Of a stretch of 52,271 nt of DNA, positions 28,496 through 35,524 are shown in pieces; position 1 is the stretch's first letter, and every line of letters starts with the position of its first letter. The DNA is from a virus. Its lineage: Duplodnaviria; Caudoviricetes. The notes under the pieces are model-generated. The model was not told the origin of the DNA. It made no database searches and saw only the letters and a program-made list of their open reading frames with translations. The stretch spans positions 1 through 52,271 of the IMG/VR virus record IMGVR_UViG_3300047586_000105. One strand, given 5' to 3'. Made by a program: the position numbers and the translations under genes.

Positions 28496-28705
28496 CCGGT
28501 TCTCCCTTCCCGCGCAGGGCCGCCACGACGGCGTCCTCGCAGTGGTCAACGAACGCCTGCTGTGACGCCTCGGCCCGATGCCCCGAGAGTGACCAGCCGC
28601 AGGAACACCCGACCGTCCGTGTGAGCGAATTGACGAGTATCAACTCGTGCGCTCGTGCGCTGCCTTGGCTGCTGCCCAGTCGAGGTGCGAGGGACGGGCG
28701 CTCAC
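28488..28705 (-). pseudogene. Small H-CxCGW-H protein frameshifted by an 8-bp tandem duplication
   Basis: CGCACGAG occurs twice in tandem at 28644-28659; removing one copy joins MSARPSHLDWAAAKAAHE to LILVNSLTRTVGCSCGW...FVDHC (69 aa). Confidence 0.5.
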
Positions 28706-29133
28706 ACCTTCGGCTTCCGGCGCACGGACCGCACTTGCCACCGCTCCTTGGTCGCGTGGAGGTACAGCGTGGGGTACTTGATGCCGGTATCGCGTGCCGC
28801 AGCGGCCAGCCCCAGTCGGGCAGCGACATACCGTGCCCGGTGGAGTTCGTCCCGCGTGCAGATGCGGTAGCGACACCCAGTACCCGACCGCGTGACGACC
28901 GAAGCCGAAGGCGTGCGAGCGAGTGGTTGCACGACCTTCGTGAACGTGTGCCGGCGCTCGAACCGCTGCAGCCGCTCGATCTCCCGGCGACAGGGCTTGC
29001 AACCCCACAACACCTTCCCGTTGCCGTCGGTGTAGGGCGTGAGCGGCTTCAAGCAAATCCAGCAGTCGCCGCCCTTGTTCGCCGCTGTGTCGAGCAACCG
29101 GGCGAGTGTCATCCCTTTCCGGGTGTGGGTCAC
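28702..29133 (-). CDS. Zinc-finger plus HTH-like protein
   Basis: CWIC...CKPC; AAARDTGIKYPTLY. Confidence 0.5.
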   Translation of the reverse strand: MTHTRKGMTLARLLDTAANKGGDCWICLKPLTPYTDGNGKVLWGCKPCRREIERLQRFERRHTFTKVVQPLARTPSASVVTRSGTGCRYRICTRDELHRARYVAARLGLAAAARDTGIKYPTLYLHATKERWQVRSVRRKPKV

Positions 29134-29221
29134 GAGAGGCCGCCTGTTTCACGTGCAACAGTCGGAAGTCCGACCGTCGCGGTCGTGATGAGCGGGGTCC
29201 GCGTCAGCCAGCCGCCGCGCT

Positions 29222-30310
29222 TCACGCCGTGTCCTCGGTGAACGTCTGGCCGCGTGGAGTCAGGAACGCTCCCGGGCGCGCGTGCTCCCAGAGCCCTGGT
29301 CGGTAGTCCTTGCCGTCGCGGCGCGCGAAGAGTGCCCACTTGAACGGCGACGCCACCGCCCGCAGGGCGAAGTCCTTCCGCGTGTGGCCGGTTGGCAGGT
29401 CGGCTACGGTCGCAGCGTAGGTGCGCTCAATCTCCGCAGCGCCATCCTCCACGGTTGCCAAGAGTCGCGCCGCAACAGCACGCGTCCACTCGTGAAACTC
29501 GTCGGGGAGTGGGGCGATCAACTCGGCGATGGGCTTCCCGTTCTTCAGATGCTCCCAGACGGTGCGCTCGTTGAGGCCAGTCACGAGGCGATGCAGCGCG
29601 ACGTAGTCCTCCTGCTTGAGTTTCACACGCTCGTCCGTCGAGAGAACATGTACGACCAGCCCCTCCGCATTACGACGAACCGGAGCGGTAAGCGCGGCGG
29701 TGAGCGTCGGATAGTCGAAGCGCGCCGCGCGGGGTCCGGGCCAGTTTGCCACGTCCTCACCTGGGATGCTCCGCCCTGTGGCGATACTCACGCCCGCAAG
29801 CAAGAACAGGTCGTCGGTCGCCCCGTAGTCCACGACGATGCGATTGCTCGGGTAGACGATCTCGAAAAGGAGCGTGAGGCCAGCCGGAGGCGCGTAGTCG
29901 GAGTACCGCTCCGCCCAAAGCGCGGTGGCGTGTAGGGCCTGTTCCCCCGCAAAGGAGCCGCGCGTGGCGATGGCGTGCCCGTCCGGTATCGGGTAGAGAA
30001 TCCCCAGGCTGCCGTCGAGCTTGTCGGTGACGGACGCGGGGGAGTCGAGGTCGAGTTGCGCCCCGCCGGACTGGCCGTAGTTGAAGAACTTGCGGAAGGG
30101 TCGCGCCACAACCTCGCGCGTGTCCGTCCGGTAGATGAGGCCACGGCACTGGCGCGTCACGGCGTTCCAGGCGCCGTTCTCGTACTGGCACCGCTCGGTG
30201 TAGTTGAGGATCGCCAACGGCAGAGTCGGGTGCTCGCGCCGCACCACGAACCGCTCCTCAAGCATCCGCTCCAAAAGGACCGCGTCGAGCACATCGTCGA
30301 GGGTGCTCAC
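29222..30310 (-). CDS. RNA ligase, T4 Rnl1-like
   Basis: QCRGLI, ARPFRKFFNY, nucleotidyltransferase motif I TDKLDGSLG, ATRGSF, LLFEIVYPSNRIVVDY, EGLVV, RVKLK..DYVALHR. Confidence 0.9.
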   Translation of the reverse strand: MSTLDDVLDAVLLERMLEERFVVRREHPTLPLAILNYTERCQYENGAWNAVTRQCRGLIYRTDTREVVARPFRKFFNYGQSGGAQLDLDSPASVTDKLDGSLGILYPIPDGHAIATRGSFAGEQALHATALWAERYSDYAPPAGLTLLFEIVYPSNRIVVDYGATDDLFLLAGVSIATGRSIPGEDVANWPGPRAARFDYPTLTAALTAPVRRNAEGLVVHVLSTDERVKLKQEDYVALHRLVTGLNERTVWEHLKNGKPIAELIAPLPDEFHEWTRAVAARLLATVEDGAAEIERTYAATVADLPTGHTRKDFALRAVASPFKWALFARRDGKDYRPGLWEHARPGAFLTPRGQTFTEDTA

Positions 30311-30341
30311 GTCGGCTCCCCTGGGGCCACGCGGGAACCGC

Positions 30342-30539
30342 TCACCGGACGCGGATGGCGTGTTCGATGCGTTCGAGGCAGCGGGCTATCTGCTCCAGCA
30401 GGACGACCACCCTGTCGCGTTCGGCCAAGGGGGTCAGAACACGGTCGAGCGCGGGACAGTGCCCGCTCCCGCCCCAGGTGTGGACGCCGAAGATGGTCGA
30501 GCCGCAGTCGGGGCAGAACACGTTGGCGGGCGCGGTCAC
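30342..30539 (-). CDS. Small zinc-binding hypothetical protein
   Basis: GTGA overlap; FCPDCG...H...HC. Confidence 0.5.
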   Translation of the reverse strand: MTAPANVFCPDCGSTIFGVHTWGGSGHCPALDRVLTPLAERDRVVVLLEQIARCLERIEHAIRVR

Positions 30540-30676
30540 GGGATGAGCCGCCAGCCCCAGGTGAACACCACGACCACCGCGTGGCACACGAACCCCAGCG
30601 CCAGTAGGGCGACGAAGACCGCCGCGCCCTGGGCGCAGTCGATCGCGAACACGCGAACCCCAGACTTCACCTTCAT
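30536..30676 (-). CDS. Small membrane protein (46 aa)
   Basis: MKVKSGVRVFAIDCAQGAAVFVALLALGFVCHAVVVVFTWGWRLIP; overlapping stops/starts at both ends. Confidence 0.5.
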   Translation of the reverse strand: MKVKSGVRVFAIDCAQGAAVFVALLALGFVCHAVVVVFTWGWRLIP

Positions 30677-30879
30677 CGTGCCCCCTTCCCATCCGTGTCG
30701 AGTTCCAAGAACAGGTCGGCCAGCGGCGATCGCTCCTCAAGGTTCCGACGGGCCATCTCCCGAGCCGCCGGAAGTCCCTCCAAGAGGGCGGCGTCCACCT
30801 CCGCCAACGTGGGCACCTCGCGCCGCACCGTCAGCGGGTGCCCGTCCAGCGCGCAGAGGAGCCAGCGGAGAAGACTCAC
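30673..30879 (-). CDS. Hypothetical protein (68 aa)
   Basis: GTGA overlap; MSLLRWLLCALDGH... Confidence 0.45.
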   Translation of the reverse strand: MSLLRWLLCALDGHPLTVRREVPTLAEVDAALLEGLPAAREMARRNLEERSPLADLFLELDTDGKGAR

Positions 30880-31037
30880 CGGGGCTTCCGTGTGGCGAGC
30901 CGAGCGACCCCGCCCGTGATGACGTACTGCCTGCCGCAGGACGGACAGGTGAACGTGGCGTCCGCCGCCAGCCAACTCGCCTTGTAGCGCTGGTGCCGAC
31001 CGCAGCGGCACTTGAACCCGCGCCGTGAACCGCTCAC
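30876..31037 (-). CDS. Small zinc-ribbon protein (53 aa)
   Basis: RBS GGAGG; KCRCG...FTCPSCGRQY. Confidence 0.55.
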   Translation of the reverse strand: MSGSRRGFKCRCGRHQRYKASWLAADATFTCPSCGRQYVITGGVARLATRKPR

Positions 31038-31191
31038 CGTGCCTCCATGTCTAGTGTCACGACACCATCATCACACCCTATGCAGGAATGACGATTATAC
31101 ATGACCATTCTCAACTGGACCCGTTGGAACCCGTCTTTGGCGACACTTCCATGCACTTTTCAATACCGCCGTTGAGAACCACCGCGCCAAA

Positions 31192-31217
31192 CTAGTCGCT
31201 GTCACGACACTGCGCCG
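31192..31217 (+). repeat. Left copy of a 26-bp imperfect inverted repeat (partner 36297-36322)
   Basis: CTAGTCGCTGTCACGACACTGCGCCG; its reverse complement matches 36297-36322 at 23 of 26 positions. Confidence 0.7.
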
Positions 31218-31234
31218 CTATTCCGACACCACCA

Positions 31235-31508
31235 CCCGACCCTTAACCCCCACCCCCCTGGGGTGATGCCCTTTGGGCGAAACAGCAGGCCGAGGACGCG
31301 CACATAGCCACGTGAGCCGCCATCCGTGGTTCCGTGCCGGTGGGGGGCTAGGTGGCCTCGTGGGCCGGGCGCTGGCTAGGCCGTCCTCTTCCTTGTCTCC
31401 GCTGCCCCCTGCCTGCCCTCCTGCCTTCCGATCGCTGCGCCGCTGCCCTGCCGTGCTGCCTGCCTGGTAGCGCCGCCCTGCCTGCCATCCCTAGCCGCCT
31501 GCCCTGCC
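31235..31508 (-). repeat. Low-complexity non-coding region after terS: G-run cluster and ~12 GGCAG repeats; candidate packaging region
   Basis: Minus strand GGGGGGTGGGGGTTAAGGGTCGGG at 31235-31258; about 12 CTGCC copies on the + strand at 31402-31508. Confidence 0.55.
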
Positions 31509-31645
31509 TCGCGTCCTGGTGCCGCCTACCCTGCACCGCCACCACACAGGCCACCACATTGCGAGAGTCACACCCTCCCCGAGTCGTCGCAACCCGCTGC
31601 CGCTGTGTGGGTTACACCATCACCGACCAACGGATAGCGGAACCG

Positions 31646-32386
31646 TTACGGCTTCTCCCCTTCCTTACTAGAGGGCGTTCCGGGATCTGCTGGGCCTGCC
31701 GGCAGCGCCCGTACCTTCTCCGACGCCAGGACGGCTAGCGGATGCTCGCCGGCCGCAATCCGTGCGAGCTGGTCATCCCGGAGCCGGGAGTAGTCAATCA
31801 TCGCCAAGCCGCCGCGGACGTTTAGCGTCTGCTGGTCGCTCCACCCCATGTTCTTTAGGGCGAAGATCGAGCCGGTTGGCCGGTCCCGGTCTAGTCGGCG
31901 CTCGTAGTCGGCTTCAACGGCCAGCCTCGCGCGTTTTACGGCGTCACTAAACTCGGGGCGCTCGCCATACCGTTCAAAGCTCTCTCGACTGCTGAGTCCG
32001 AGGGTCAGGATAAGGCCGGTGAGGGTAACGGGTTCCTTGTCTCGTGAGCGCTGTTCGAGGTAGGCGGCTACCCTGATGTCCAGTTCCTCGGGTGTTTCGA
32101 TGATGCGGGGCCGTCCTCCGGCGTGCTTGGGCTTGGTATCGGTGCCCGGTCCCGGCTCCGCCGGCACCCCGGCCCCCGGCCCGGCCCCGGTGCCCGGTGC
32201 CGTCTCTACCGCTCTCCCTGCTGTTATCCCGTTACCGTGAGGCGTGGTGTTCGTGGGATCGGTTGCGGTTGGCGGCGGGGGCGCGCTGGGGTTCGCTGGC
32301 TTGCGGGGCTTCCGGGTGCGGCGCTTCGGCTGCGGCGCGTGCGATGCGCTGGCGTCGAGGGTCGGAGGCGTGGTGTCGTCGTTCAT
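31646..32386 (-). CDS. terS: Terminase small subunit (P22 gp3-like DNA packaging protein)
   Basis: GGRPRIIETPEEL...Y, PVTLTGL, FSDAVKRARLAVE, GSIFALKNMGWSD; Pro-rich N-terminus; RBS GGGAG. Confidence 0.85.
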   Translation of the reverse strand: MNDDTTPPTLDASASHAPQPKRRTRKPRKPANPSAPPPPTATDPTNTTPHGNGITAGRAVETAPGTGAGPGAGVPAEPGPGTDTKPKHAGGRPRIIETPEELDIRVAAYLEQRSRDKEPVTLTGLILTLGLSSRESFERYGERPEFSDAVKRARLAVEADYERRLDRDRPTGSIFALKNMGWSDQQTLNVRGGLAMIDYSRLRDDQLARIAAGEHPLAVLASEKVRALPAGPADPGTPSSKEGEKP

Positions 32387-32441
32387 CACTCCCGAATCTA
32401 GCCGAGGTCGGAATCCCGGCAAGGTGGCGTCATACCGTCCG

Positions 32442-32518
32442 CTGTTACATTCCTGTTACATAGAATGGTCACGGCGTCACAATGTGCCCTTGTTGTGCTC
32501 TGGCCCGCTCCCTACGTT
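32442..32518 (+). promoter_or_regulatory. Divergent control region: CTGTTACAT direct repeat with 11-bp period and a sigma70-like promoter for the + cluster
   Basis: CTGTTACAT at 32442-32450 and 32453-32461; TTGTTG-17-TACGTT at 32490-32518. Confidence 0.5.
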
Positions 32519-32574
32519 GTCGCTTGTCTGACACGGTGCCGGAAGACCGGCACCACACCCCAACCGGAGTCCAT

Positions 32575-32967
32575 ATGGCGCACATCATTCGGGAGCGCGA
32601 GCGGCGCGAGGGCCTCAACCGCGCCTTGTCTTTCCACTGGCGCAACGATACCGGCGCCGGATTTTCCTTCCCGTGCGATGCCAGCGGGAACACGGGCGAC
32701 CTCAACCCGGACGCGGCCCGCAACCTCGCGGCGTGCCTGTCGGGGGCGTTTGATGTGGTGGCCGATGGCGTCGTAGCGTGGCCCTGGGCGTACACGGAAC
32801 CTGCCGCCTTGCGGTGCGACTGTGGGCGGGAAGTGACCCTCGACGGGTTCACTTGCTCTTGCGACTGCGGGCGTGACTACAACAGCGCGGGCCAGCGGCT
32901 CGCGCCGCGCAGCCAGTGGGGCGAGGAAACGGGCGAGTCGTTGGGCGACATTCTGGCGATTCGGTAG
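32575..32967 (+). CDS. Hypothetical zinc-binding protein
   Basis: ATG after GGAG; GFSFPCD, RCDCG...TCSCDCGRDYNSAGQRLAPRSQWGEET. Confidence 0.7.
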   Translation: MAHIIRERERREGLNRALSFHWRNDTGAGFSFPCDASGNTGDLNPDAARNLAACLSGAFDVVADGVVAWPWAYTEPAALRCDCGREVTLDGFTCSCDCGRDYNSAGQRLAPRSQWGEETGESLGDILAIR

Positions 32968-32973
32968 TAGGTC

Positions 32974-33012
32974 GCCCCGCTGCGGGAGGCCCGTTCGACT
33001 CGGGCGCGGGGC
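32974..33012 (+). ncRNA. tRNA-like minihelix (acceptor-like stem plus canonical T-arm)
   Basis: GCCCCGC/GCGGGGC 7-bp stem, 8-nt linker, GCCCG-TTCGACT-CGGGC. Confidence 0.55.
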
Positions 33013-33077
33013 TTGGGTAGGTTCGTAGCGGCGCCGGGCCGCACCCGGCAGGCAGTCCCCGAGCAGGGAGAGACGCC

Positions 33078-33482
33078 ATGCGGTACACGAAAGAGGAAGT
33101 CGCGGAGGCCCGGACGCGGTTGCTCGACTGGCTCCAGCCGGGCGATACGGTGTACACCGTCCTTCGACACGTCAGCCGGAGCGGGATGCAGCGGGAGATT
33201 GGGCTAGTCGTCTTCCGCGACGGCCAGCCGCTCCACCCGAACTATGCAGCGGCTACCGTGGTCGGGATGTCGGTCAACAAGCAGGGCGACGGAATCATTG
33301 TGGGCGGCTGCGGAATGGACATGGGTTTCCACCTCGTGTATGAGTTGAGCGCCGCCCTGTTCAATGGCTACTGCAACGGCGCGGCGACCCGCAAGCGGCC
33401 CGCCCACGTCCCGCACAGCAACAACGGCCCCGCCTGCGAGTACCAGTCCGGCGGGTATGCGCTCCGGCATGAGTGGCTGTAA
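33078..33482 (+). CDS. Hypothetical phage protein
   Basis: RBS GGGAG; GDTVYTVLRHVSRSGMQREI, GGCGMDMGFHLVYELS. Confidence 0.75.
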   Translation: MRYTKEEVAEARTRLLDWLQPGDTVYTVLRHVSRSGMQREIGLVVFRDGQPLHPNYAAATVVGMSVNKQGDGIIVGGCGMDMGFHLVYELSAALFNGYCNGAATRKRPAHVPHSNNGPACEYQSGGYALRHEWL

Positions 33483-33489
33483 GGCAGTC

Positions 33490-33537
33490 GCGCCCCGCGC
33501 GGACGGCGCGGACCTGGCTTCGAGGCCAGCGGGGCGC
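33490..33537 (+). ncRNA. Second tRNA-like structure with a TTCGA-loop arm
   Basis: GCGCCCCG/CGGGGCGC stem enclosing a small hairpin and CTGGC-TTCGAG-GCCAG. Confidence 0.45.
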
Positions 33538-33554
33538 ATCACTAGGGGGGATCA

Positions 33555-33896
33555 ATGCCAGGGTTCAAGGTCGGGAATGGGTACGCGGACCTCGTGCGGG
33601 ACATCACGCCGGGACCGTGGGAATCTGACAGAAGCGGCGACCTACGGGGCGACCTGTACGTCCGGCGAGTGGGTGCGGTAGTAGGTGAGCCAGCTATCTG
33701 CAAGATGATGCGGTCTGCTGACCGGGCCGAGAATCAGCGCCTCGTCGCGGCCGCGCCGGACCTCCTGGCCGCATGCGAAGCGGCGCTCGTCAACTTCGAC
33801 GAGACGGTGGACAGCCGCCGCAAGTGGACGGCGCGTGACCAGCGGACCTACGACGCTCTCCTCGCCGCCCTCGCCAAGGCGCGGGGCACCCCATGA
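33555..33896 (+). CDS. Hypothetical phage protein of the TPGPW / AAAPDLL type
   Basis: ITPGPW...ENQRLVAAAPDLLAACEAAL...AALAKARG. Confidence 0.75.
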   Translation: MPGFKVGNGYADLVRDITPGPWESDRSGDLRGDLYVRRVGAVVGEPAICKMMRSADRAENQRLVAAAPDLLAACEAALVNFDETVDSRRKWTARDQRTYDALLAALAKARGTP

Positions 33897-34078
33897 CCGA
33901 CACCCAGCACGAGGCGCTGAACGCCACATGCCGTGAGGTCAACGCCCTGGCCGATCACGAAGCGCGCACCGGCCGGCACCTCAGCGGCGGCACGGTCCCC
34001 GACCGCTGGATAGCCGAACACCCCAAGGTCTACGCCCAGCTCGTCGCGCTCGCACGGGAGGGCTTGAATCATGCCTAG
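33893..34078 (+). CDS. Hypothetical protein (61 aa)
   Basis: ATGA overlap. Confidence 0.55.
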   Translation: MTDTQHEALNATCREVNALADHEARTGRHLSGGTVPDRWIAEHPKVYAQLVALAREGLNHA

Positions 34079-34301
34079 GATGGTCGCCTTTCCGACCGCG
34101 CTTCTCCTGACCGTCCTGCTCGGCTGTGGGGCGTTCACCACGGCACCCAAGCCGCCGCAGAGGGTCCAGGGGCCGGGCTGCACTATCACCACGCGCAAAG
34201 GCTTCGTGGTGCTGGCGCAGCACTTCGCGGTGTGCCCGACCGGAGGGTACGACACAACGGCCACCGTTACCGTCGTTCCGGACAGCACCGAGGTTCCGTG
34301 A
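34071..34301 (+). CDS. Small putative lipoprotein
   Basis: Hydrophobic leader ending LLGC; RBS GGAGG. Confidence 0.5.
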   Translation: MPRMVAFPTALLLTVLLGCGAFTTAPKPPQRVQGPGCTITTRKGFVVLAQHFAVCPTGGYDTTATVTVVPDSTEVP

Positions 34302-34516
34302 CCAAGGACGAGTTCCGGGCCATCCTGCTCGACTTGGGGTTGACCCAAGCCGCGCTCGCCAAGGATGTGGGGGTGACCCGGCGCGCGGTGGTGTATTGGG
34401 CGGCCGGCAAGCGGGCCGTTCCGGCACGGGTCGTGACCCTTCTTCGGCAAGCGATGCTGCGCGGGTGGTGGGAGTCGCCTACGGGTAGCGCGGGCCACGG
34501 TGGGAAGGCATCTTAG
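34298..34516 (+). CDS. XRE-type HTH protein
   Basis: GTGA overlap; MTKDEFRAILLDLGLTQAALAKDVGVTRRAVVYWAAGKRAVP. Confidence 0.75.
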   Translation: MTKDEFRAILLDLGLTQAALAKDVGVTRRAVVYWAAGKRAVPARVVTLLRQAMLRGWWESPTGSAGHGGKAS

Positions 34517-34524
34517 GGGCGACG

Positions 34525-34737
34525 ATGACCAACGACGAAGCACTCGCGCTGCTACGGGCAGACATCCAGGCGTCCGGCCTGTCTGCCCGCAAGTACGCCG
34601 CCGAGGTATTGGGGCGCGACGAGCGCCACGTGCGTAGGTGGTTGGCGGAGGAATGGCCGATTCCGGAGGTCGTGTTCCCGCTCCTACTTGCCCGTGAGAG
34701 CAGGAAGCACCTTGACACCGGGGGGCCGATTCCGTAA
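34525..34737 (+). CDS. Small HTH protein
   Basis: SGLSARKYAAEVLGRDERHVRRWLAEEWPIP. Confidence 0.7.
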   Translation: MTNDEALALLRADIQASGLSARKYAAEVLGRDERHVRRWLAEEWPIPEVVFPLLLARESRKHLDTGGPIP

Positions 34738-34740
34738 CGT
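34712..34740 (+). promoter_or_regulatory. Sigma70 promoter
   Basis: TTGACA-17 nt-TAACGT. Confidence 0.6.
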
Positions 34741-34784
34741 AGCGATGCGCTAGGGTAATTCAGCCCTGCGAGCAAAGGCACCGT

Positions 34785-34961
34785 ATGGCACCGAAGTTCC
34801 GCGTACCCACCTACCATCCACTCATCCGCACCGTCCAGCAACTCCGAACCAGCCAGCGCCGCAGTGCCCGCACCCTTCTCCAGGAGTGGGGCTACACCGA
34901 GCAGGAGGCCCGCGCCATCGTGCGCGAACTGATCCCGGCCCGGCCGTCACGCCGCTCCTGA
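34785..34961 (+). CDS. Hypothetical protein (58 aa)
   Basis: MAPKFRVPTYHPL...LLQEWGYTEQEARAIVRELIP; directly downstream of the promoter. Confidence 0.45.
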   Translation: MAPKFRVPTYHPLIRTVQQLRTSQRRSARTLLQEWGYTEQEARAIVRELIPARPSRRS

Positions 34962-34969
34962 GGCGTCTC

Positions 34970-35395
34970 GTGGCATCCGGGTACGTGAAGGTCCCGAACG
35001 ACCTTCTCGGTGACGTGGAACTGCCCGACCGAGCGTTCCGGCTCTGGGTCCTCGTTCGGGCGCGGAACGGCGAGGGCGCGTTTCGGGGATGCTTCCAAGG
35101 CGCTGCGGGGCTCGACGGCCAGATGAAACGCCCTCGCCGGCGTTCACACGCGGCGACCGACGCCGCCCGCATTCCTTGGGCGTTCAAGCAGGCGCAGCGG
35201 GCGCTCGTCCAGCGCGGGTTGATGGTGGTCAGGCGTCAGGGGCCTGGTCGCCCCTGTCTGCGCTGGGCGCTGGCGCCGGGGATGGTCGGCGCACTTGAAC
35301 TCGGCCGTCTTCTCGAACGCCAAGACATCAGTGGTCGGACCTTCCACGAAGTATCGGCTAGACTGGCGGTGTACCGACCATCAGATGGGCGGTAG
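34970..35395 (+). CDS. Winged-helix replication-initiator-like protein, apparently truncated at a repeat
   Basis: GYVKVPNDLLGDVELPDRAFRLWVLV...GCF; the stop falls inside a 23-bp tandem repeat followed by a purine-rich tract. Confidence 0.45.
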   Translation: MASGYVKVPNDLLGDVELPDRAFRLWVLVRARNGEGAFRGCFQGAAGLDGQMKRPRRRSHAATDAARIPWAFKQAQRALVQRGLMVVRRQGPGRPCLRWALAPGMVGALELGRLLERQDISGRTFHEVSARLAVYRPSDGR

Positions 35396-35524
35396 AGCGA
35401 CCATCTTGTGGGCGGTGTACCGCCCACAATACAGAACCAGAGGATACAGAACCAGAGACACAAGAAGAGAGAGATACAAGAGAGAAGAGTCGGGCTGTCG
35501 GGTCACGACGGGCTCCCTGTGCCC

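Noticed and set aside
253-31028. Many long + strand ORFs (e.g. 16696-18681, 20392-22569, 12609-14033)
   Set aside because: Antisense shadows of high-GC3 minus-strand genes, with no motifs or RBS
35393-35395. Stop-codon reassignment (TAG readthrough)
   Set aside because: TAG terminates many ordinary genes and the tmRNA tag in this genome; a local frameshift explains this case better
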